From assembly GCA_035285125.1 (NCBI GenBank), contig JAYKHR010000126.1, positions 1 through 12,092 of the forward strand: a DNA stretch of 12,092 nucleotides. Direction: 5' to 3'. The notes under the pieces are model-generated. The model was given only the letters and a program-made list of their open reading frames with translations, did no database searches and was not told where the DNA came from. The translations under genes were made by a program, and so were the position numbers. Source of the stretch: Candidatus Sericytochromatia bacterium. Its GTDB lineage: Bacteria; Cyanobacteriota; Sericytochromatia; S15B-MN24; JAQBPE01. This document shows, in pieces, positions 7,446-12,092 of the stretch. The stretch's first letter is position 1, and each line of letters opens with the position of its first letter.

Positions 7446-8762
7446 ATGGCGATCGCGACGATCTCGGCCCGGGGCCTCGAAGAGGCCGCCCTGCAGCCAC
7501 CCTCGCTGGCGGCGCGCGGGGTGGTGATCACGCTGGCCCTGCTCGGCGCCACGGCGATCGGCTGGTCTTCCGTCTCCCTGATCGACATCCGGGCGCGGGG
7601 CGTCGGCCAGGTCGTCACGGCCAGCCAGACCCAGGTCGTGCAGAACCTTGAGGGGGGCATCGTGACCGAGATCAAGGTCAAGGATGGCGAACGCGTGCGG
7701 CGCGGCCAGGTGCTGCTCAAGCTGAACCCGAAGGCGGCAGAGGCCGACCTCAAGGAGCTCGAGGTGACGAGCGTGGGCCTCCTGGCTGCCGGCATCCGCC
7801 TGGAGGCCGAGGCCAACGGCTCGGCCCCGGTCTTCCCTCGCGAGCTGCGGCAGCGGGCCCCCGAGGTCATCTCCAACGAGGCATCGCTGCACCGGCAGCG
7901 GCAGGCGTCGCTCTCCAGCCAGCTCGAGGTGCTGCGGGCCGAGCTCAGCGAGAGGCGGGCCGGGCTGGCCGAGCTGCGGGCCCGCGTGCCCTCGATCCAG
8001 GAGACGCTGCGGATGATCGCGATCCAGACCCGGGAGATGGAGTCGCTGGTGGCGGCGGGCTCCGCCAGCCCGGCCGAGATCATCGCCCTGCGGAAGGAGG
8101 CGGCTGCCCAGCGCATCCAGCTCACCGTCGCGCAGGAGTCGATCCCGGGGGCCGTGGCCGCGGTGGGCGGCGCCGAGCGGCGGCTGCGGGAGAAGCAGGC
8201 CACCTTCCAGGCGGAGGCGTTCGAGCAGCTCAGCCAGAACCGCGTGAAGTTCCTCGCGCTCCAGGGGCAGATCGATCGGCGCCGCGATCAGGCCGCGCGG
8301 ACCTCCGTCGAGTCGCCCGTCAATGGGGTGGTCAAGACGCTGCACGTCTCCACGGTCGGGGAGGTGGTCGCGCCCGGGCGGACGATCGTGGAGATCGTGC
8401 CCGCCGGAGAGTCGCTGCTGGTCGAGGCGCGGATCTCCCCCACGGACATCGGCTTCGTGGCACCGGAGCAGCCCGTGGACGTCCGCCTGACGGCGTTCGA
8501 CCACACGATCTATGGCTCGTTGAAGGGCAAGGTCAACCAGATCAGCCCGGACACGGTGCGGGACGAGGCTGACCCGAAACAGATCTACTACAGGGTAACG
8601 ATAAACACCGAAAAGAGCGTTTTGACGGGCCCTTCGGGGAATTTAACTATCCTGCCGGGTATGATAGCCGAGGTAGATATCCAGACAGGACGACGGACCG
8701 TCCTGGAGTACTTCCTCAAGCCGCTGACACGGGCGAAGGCCACCGCCCTCCGAGAGCGATGA
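7446..8762 (+). CDS. HlyD-family type I secretion membrane fusion (periplasmic adaptor) protein (LapC/BapD-like)
   Basis: Single N-terminal TM, then QVVQNLEGGIVTEIKVKDGERVRRGQVLLKL, a long coiled coil, SPVNGVVK, LLVEARISPTDIGFV, YGSLKGKVNQISPD and the family C-terminus PGMIAEVDIQTGRRTVLEYFLKPL...ALRER. It starts 12 bp after the ABC gene stop. Confidence 0.96.
   Translation: MAIATISARGLEEAALQPPSLAARGVVITLALLGATAIGWSSVSLIDIRARGVGQVVTASQTQVVQNLEGGIVTEIKVKDGERVRRGQVLLKLNPKAAEADLKELEVTSVGLLAAGIRLEAEANGSAPVFPRELRQRAPEVISNEASLHRQRQASLSSQLEVLRAELSERRAGLAELRARVPSIQETLRMIAIQTREMESLVAAGSASPAEIIALRKEAAAQRIQLTVAQESIPGAVAAVGGAERRLREKQATFQAEAFEQLSQNRVKFLALQGQIDRRRDQAARTSVESPVNGVVKTLHVSTVGEVVAPGRTIVEIVPAGESLLVEARISPTDIGFVAPEQPVDVRLTAFDHTIYGSLKGKVNQISPDTVRDEADPKQIYYRVTINTEKSVLTGPSGNLTILPGMIAEVDIQTGRRTVLEYFLKPLTRAKATALRER
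8622..8667 (+). promoter_or_regulatory. Candidate intragenic promoter or operator for the downstream LysM gene
   Basis: Lies within an AT-rich codon patch. Contains TTGACG (8622-8627), -10-like TATCCT (8648-8653) and TATGAT (8660-8665), and the dyad CTATC-N11-GATAG (8647-8667). The -35/-10 spacing is not canonical (20 bp to TATCCT). Confidence 0.3.
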
Positions 8763-8766
8763 TTGC

Positions 8767-8771
8767 AAGGA
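8767..8771 (+). promoter_or_regulatory. Shine-Dalgarno site of the LysM protein gene
   Basis: AAGGA located 7 nt upstream of the ATG at 8779. Confidence 0.55.
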
Positions 8772-8778
8772 CTGCAAG

Positions 8779-11700
8779 ATGCGCACCCCCCGAAAAAGAC
8801 GTCGCAAGCCCCCCGCACTCGATCTGCACGGCGGGGGGCTCCTCGCTGGGCCCGAGGCTCCGGGCCTGGAAGAGGAGCTCGAGGCACTCGGGCAGTTTCT
8901 CGGTCGGCGTCGGGGCACCATGCCGATCGTGCTGCGGCAGCTCGGCGAACTGGGGCTTGAGGCTCGCGTCGACCTGACGCGGCTCCGGGCTGAACGCTCT
9001 GTTCGGCTCAAGCGGCTCCCCTCGGCAGTCCGCCGCCGGCGCGCCGCTGCGCGCGTCGCCGCCATGTTCGCGCTGGCCTTCGGCGGGGCCGTGCTGTCGG
9101 CTGCGCCTGCGCACGCGCAGGTCGGCGCCGCGGCCTCCTTGCATCGCGTCAGCCAGGGCGGGGCCGTGCTGCTGCGGGTGCTCGACACCGGCACGGGCAA
9201 GCCCCTCGCCGGGGTCCGCATCAAGACGGTTGGAGACGAGGTCGTCGGCACGACGGACGCTGCCGGCCAGGTCCAACTCGGGGCGGAGATGGCCCGCGAG
9301 TCCGTGCTGAGCCTGGAGCGTGAGGGCTACCCCATGGTGCTCCTCGAGGGCGCCAAGTTGTCCGCCAACAGTTTGGTTGGCATGCGGCGCTTCGCGGAGG
9401 GTGGGGCCAAGGGCTCGGCCCTGGCGGGGCCGCGCCTTGGGGGCGGGAGCGTGCGGACGGCCGCCTCGCCGGCCGACGATCCGGCCGAGCGGCTGTTCAG
9501 CCTGTCGCTCGAGCATGCCAAGCCCAGGGCGCCTTACTCCGAGGCTCCGGGCGGGAGCCCCTCGCTGGCCTCCCTGCCGACGCCCGCGCCGACGGCGAAG
9601 CCCGCACCCGTAGCGCAGCTGCCGACGCCCGCGCCGACGGCGAAGCCCGCACCCGTGGCGCAGCTGCCGACGCCCGCGCCGACGGCGAAGCCCGTGCCCG
9701 TGGCGCAGCTGCCGACGCCCGCGCCGACGGCCAAGCCCGCACCCGTTGCGCAGTTGCCGACGCTCGCCCCGACGGCGAAGCCCCTGCCCGTGGCCGAGCT
9801 GCCGACGCCCGCGCCGACGGCGAAGCCCGTGCCCGTGGCCGAGTTGCCGACGCCCGCGCCGGCGGCCAAGCCCTCGCCCGCCGGCCTCAAACGGCCGGAC
9901 CCGTTGGCGTTGTTCCCCGACGAGTCGCCCTCGCCAGGCACGCGCCCGCAGCCCGTGGCGGCGCGGCCAGCCGCCGTCGAGACCCCCACGCTGCGGGGCC
10001 GCAAGCGGGTGGCGAAGGTCGCCTCGGCTGATGGCGTCAAGAGCCCGCGGGCCGGCAAGGCCATGATGCGGGCTGCCGAAGAGCTTGCGCCCGCCGCCGT
10101 GGCGGCAGCGCCTGCTCAGCCTGCGCCGGTGCCGGCTGAGCAGGCACCACCCAGCGCGGCACTGCCCACGCCTGCTCCCGCGACCGCCCCGACGGTGGCC
10201 GCTGAGCCGGCGGTGCGGACGACGCGCTCACGTAAGCAGGTAGCCAAGGTCGCCTCCGCGGATGCCAAGGCCCCGCGCGCGATCCGCGTGGTGATGCGCG
10301 AGGAGGGCGACCTTACGCCGCCGAAGCCGGCTGGCACCCAGATCGCCCAGGCGCCACAGGCCGCCAACCCGGATGCCCTGACGCTGCTGGGCGACGGCGC
10401 TCCGACCACGGAGCCCGTGGCCGTGGCGGAACCAAGGCCGGTCGAGCCCCCTCTCGGGACGCTGCCGGTGGCGGTCGAGCCCCGCCCCTTGGCCCCCAAG
10501 CCTCGGACCGCGGGCGTCAGCGGCGTCACGGCCGTCATCACGCCGCCCGTGCGACCCACCTCCCCCCAACATGGAATCGAGGTGGCTGGGCCTGGGCCGG
10601 CCTCTCCCTTGCGACAGGACCCCCACCGGGTCAGCGTGGCGCCCAATGGGCTGCGGCTCGCGCCACGTCGGGCCCCGGAGGCCCAGCCGGGCCTTGCCCA
10701 CGTGCCGAACCCGCTGGCCAGTGCGTTCACCGGGCAGGCCCAGGCCCTGGGCGGCCACGACGCAGGCCCCGCCCCTGCCGCCGCCCGGCCCGTCGCCGAG
10801 GTGCGCTTGCCCGCCGCCCAGCGGCTGCCGCTCGCGCCACGGCGCCAGGAGCCGCTGGTCACGTGGACGCCGGATCAGGTGGCCGCCGCGCCGGCGGGTG
10901 CGCACGACGCGCCCCACGGTGGCCACGACGGCCAGCCGATGGACGACCTAGGGGACGACGCCCAGCTGCTGCCAGCGAAGCCGGCGCCGGCTCGCCGGCC
11001 CCTGGCGGTGCCTCACGAGGGGAAACACGCTGCCCCCGTGGCGCCGGGGCACGGCGCCGCTGCCCACGGCCACGGCGCTCACGCCCCCGCCGCTCGGCAC
11101 GGCGCCCATGCCCCCGCCGCTCGGCACGGCGCCCACGCCCCTGCCGCGGCCCACGGGCACGGCGCTCACGCCCCTGCCACTCGCCACGGGGCCCACGCCC
11201 CTGCCACTCGCCACGGGGCCCACGCCCCTGCCGCGACCCACGGGCACGGCGCTCACGCCCCTGCCGCGGCTCACGGGCACGGCGCTCACGCACCTGCCGC
11301 GGCTCACGGGGGGGCCCACCACGCGGACTCGTCGGGCGGGCACGGGGCAGGGCCACTTCGGACCCACGTTCGGCGAGGCGCGCCGCCGCCAGACCATGCC
11401 GTCTCCACGCGCAAGGCGTTGCGGGTGGCGGTCGCACCGGGTGACACGCTCTCGGCGATCGCCCTGCGCGAACTGGGCAGCGCTACGCTATGGCCGGTGA
11501 TCTACCACGCCAACCGGGACACCCTCGTGGACCCGCACTGGCTGAAGGTCGGCACCGTGCTGAAGGTGCCGCGCACCTCTGCTGCTCTGTCGGCGGCCGG
11601 CGCGCGTGTGCACGTCGTCCAGCCGGGCGACACGCTTTGGGCGATCGCGCGGACGCATCTGGGGGACCCCCGGAAGTGGCCGAAGGTCTTCGCCGCCAAC

Positions 11701-11856
11701 CGGCACGTCATCCGGAACCCGTGGCTGATCTTCCCCGGCCAGCGCCTGGTGCTGCCGGTCCGGATCGCGACGGGGGTGTCCGACACCTGGGCCGACCTCT
11801 CGGCGACAGACCACCAGCCTGTGGCTGCCGCGCCCCGGGGGGCGGTCGGGGAGTAA
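8779..11856 (+). CDS. Large exported or membrane-anchored LysM peptidoglycan-binding protein with carboxypeptidase-regulatory-like domain, Pro/Ala-rich and His-rich repeats
   Basis: Hydrophobic segment ending APAHA|Q (aa ~90-113). Beta-sandwich motif RVLDTGTGKPLAGVRI...GTTDAAG...SLEREGY (~9166-9345). Long low-complexity linker. Two LysM domains, VAVAPGDTLSAIA...W...AN...DP...G..L..P (11425-11571) and HVVQPGDTLWAIA...NPWLIFPGQRLVLP (11611-11757). The start is uncertain (8779 with SD; alternative ATG at 8920). Confidence 0.85.
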   Translation: MRTPRKRRRKPPALDLHGGGLLAGPEAPGLEEELEALGQFLGRRRGTMPIVLRQLGELGLEARVDLTRLRAERSVRLKRLPSAVRRRRAAARVAAMFALAFGGAVLSAAPAHAQVGAAASLHRVSQGGAVLLRVLDTGTGKPLAGVRIKTVGDEVVGTTDAAGQVQLGAEMARESVLSLEREGYPMVLLEGAKLSANSLVGMRRFAEGGAKGSALAGPRLGGGSVRTAASPADDPAERLFSLSLEHAKPRAPYSEAPGGSPSLASLPTPAPTAKPAPVAQLPTPAPTAKPAPVAQLPTPAPTAKPVPVAQLPTPAPTAKPAPVAQLPTLAPTAKPLPVAELPTPAPTAKPVPVAELPTPAPAAKPSPAGLKRPDPLALFPDESPSPGTRPQPVAARPAAVETPTLRGRKRVAKVASADGVKSPRAGKAMMRAAEELAPAAVAAAPAQPAPVPAEQAPPSAALPTPAPATAPTVAAEPAVRTTRSRKQVAKVASADAKAPRAIRVVMREEGDLTPPKPAGTQIAQAPQAANPDALTLLGDGAPTTEPVAVAEPRPVEPPLGTLPVAVEPRPLAPKPRTAGVSGVTAVITPPVRPTSPQHGIEVAGPGPASPLRQDPHRVSVAPNGLRLAPRRAPEAQPGLAHVPNPLASAFTGQAQALGGHDAGPAPAAARPVAEVRLPAAQRLPLAPRRQEPLVTWTPDQVAAAPAGAHDAPHGGHDGQPMDDLGDDAQLLPAKPAPARRPLAVPHEGKHAAPVAPGHGAAAHGHGAHAPAARHGAHAPAARHGAHAPAAAHGHGAHAPATRHGAHAPATRHGAHAPAATHGHGAHAPAAAHGHGAHAPAAAHGGAHHADSSGGHGAGPLRTHVRRGAPPPDHAVSTRKALRVAVAPGDTLSAIALRELGSATLWPVIYHANRDTLVDPHWLKVGTVLKVPRTSAALSAAGARVHVVQPGDTLWAIARTHLGDPRKWPKVFAANRHVIRNPWLIFPGQRLVLPVRIATGVSDTWADLSATDHQPVAAAPRGAVGE
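9574..9873 (+). repeat. 45-bp coding tandem repeat, 6 full copies plus 1 partial (LPTPAPTAKP[AVL]PVA[QE])
   Basis: Near-identical units start at 9574, 9619, 9664, 9709, 9754, 9799 and 9844. Confidence 0.95.
11071..11310 (+). repeat. His-rich coding tandem repeat, 8 units of HGAHAPAxx(HG), 27 or 33 bp
   Basis: Units start at 11071, 11098, 11125, 11158, 11185, 11212, 11245 and 11278, with lengths 27, 27, 33, 27, 27, 33, 33, 33. Confidence 0.93.
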
Positions 11857-11904
11857 GCCTCCTGGGCCGGCCGCGCGACGCTGGCCTCAGCCTCGCCCAA
11901 AGCT

Positions 11905-11939
11905 CACCAGGGGCCTCGCGCCGCGCGGGGCCCCTGGTG
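11905..11939. terminator. 16-bp inverted repeat between the convergent LysM gene and tRNA genes (probable terminator)
   Basis: CACCAGGGGCCTCGCG-ccg-CGCGGGGCCCCTGGTG gives 15 Watson-Crick pairs plus one G.U pair and a 3-nt loop. Only a short AGCTTT follows on the - strand, and there is no U-tract on the + strand. Confidence 0.6.
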
Positions 11940-11967
11940 TCACGCCCTGGGCTGGTGACGAAGGAAG

Positions 11968-12041
11968 CGCGCCCGGCGCGACTCGAACGCGCGACCGTCC
12001 GCTTAGAAGGCGGATGCTCTATCCAGCTGAGCTACGGGCGC
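11968..12041 (-). tRNA. tRNA-Arg (anticodon UCU)
   Basis: Reverse complement GCGCCCGTAGCTCAGCTGGATAGAGCATCCGCCTTCTAAGCGGACGGTCGCGCGTTCGAGTCGCGCCGGGCGCG. Acceptor stem GCGCCCG/CGGGCGC, D-arm GCTC/GAGC, anticodon stem TCCGC/GCGGA with loop CT-TCT-AA, T-loop TTCGAGT. CCA is not encoded. Confidence 0.97.
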
Positions 12042-12045
12042 AAAA

Positions 12046-12092
12046 TGGAGCGGGAGACGGGACTCGAACCCGCAACAACCTGCTTGGAAGGC
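12046..12092 (-). tRNA. tRNA-Gly (anticodon UCC), partial (5' part outside window)
   Basis: Reverse complement ...GCCTTCCAAGCAGGTTGTTGCGGGTTCGAGTCCCGTCTCCCGCTCCA. Anticodon loop CT-TCC-AA, T-arm GCGGG-TTCGAGT-CCCGT, discriminator U and encoded CCA. Confidence 0.93.

Noticed and set aside
2499..8504. Long alternative-frame and antisense ORFs (e.g. 2499..3944 -, 3970..5169 -, 5882..7651 +, 6975..8504 -)
   Set aside because: Expected shadow ORFs in high-GC coding DNA where stops are rare. They show no recognisable motifs and almost entirely overlap well-supported genes.
8577..8693. AT-rich patch as a diversity-generating retroelement variable region or an inserted element
   Set aside because: No template repeat or reverse transcriptase is in the window, the protein stays collinear with the HlyD consensus, and there are no terminal repeats or target duplication.
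8764..8778. TGCAAG direct repeat (8764-8769, 8773-8778) in the 16-bp spacer as an operator
   Set aside because: Only 6 bp twice and it overlaps the SD sequence, too little to distinguish from chance.
9022..9066. Twin-arginine (Tat) signal in the LysM protein (SAVRRRRAAAR)
   Set aside because: It lacks the S/T-R-R-x-F-L-type hydrophobic residues after the Arg pair and is better explained as a generic basic n-region or positive-inside flank.
9574..9873. 45-bp repeats as a CRISPR array
   Set aside because: The units are head-to-tail with no unique spacers, stay in frame within a CDS, and no cas genes are present.

Overview
High-GC (roughly 70%+) bacterial window from a diderm organism, with five co-oriented + strand genes and two tRNA genes on the - strand. 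It opens inside a giant, 5'-truncated bacterial Ig-like repeat protein (11 Ig domains visible, no RTX repeats, ~100-aa C-terminal tail). Its likely type I secretion system follows in bapABCD-like order: TolC-family outer-membrane channel, C39-like/ABC transporter, HlyD-family adaptor. Only 16 bp later comes an unusual 1025-aa protein: long basic N-terminus, signal/TM segment, small beta-sandwich domain, 15-aa Pro/Thr/Ala repeats, a duplicated basic motif, a His-rich repeat array and two LysM domains. A strong hairpin separates it from convergent tRNA-Arg(UCU) and a partial tRNA-Gly(UCC). The most unusual signals are (i) a sharply bounded ~110-bp patch of AT-rich synonymous codons inside the 3' end of the hlyD-like gene, carrying promoter-like hexamers and dyads, (ii) the T1SS-linked His-rich LysM protein and (iii) a TolC homologue with divergent periplasmic tips. 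All domain calls come from reading motifs by eye, not from database searches.
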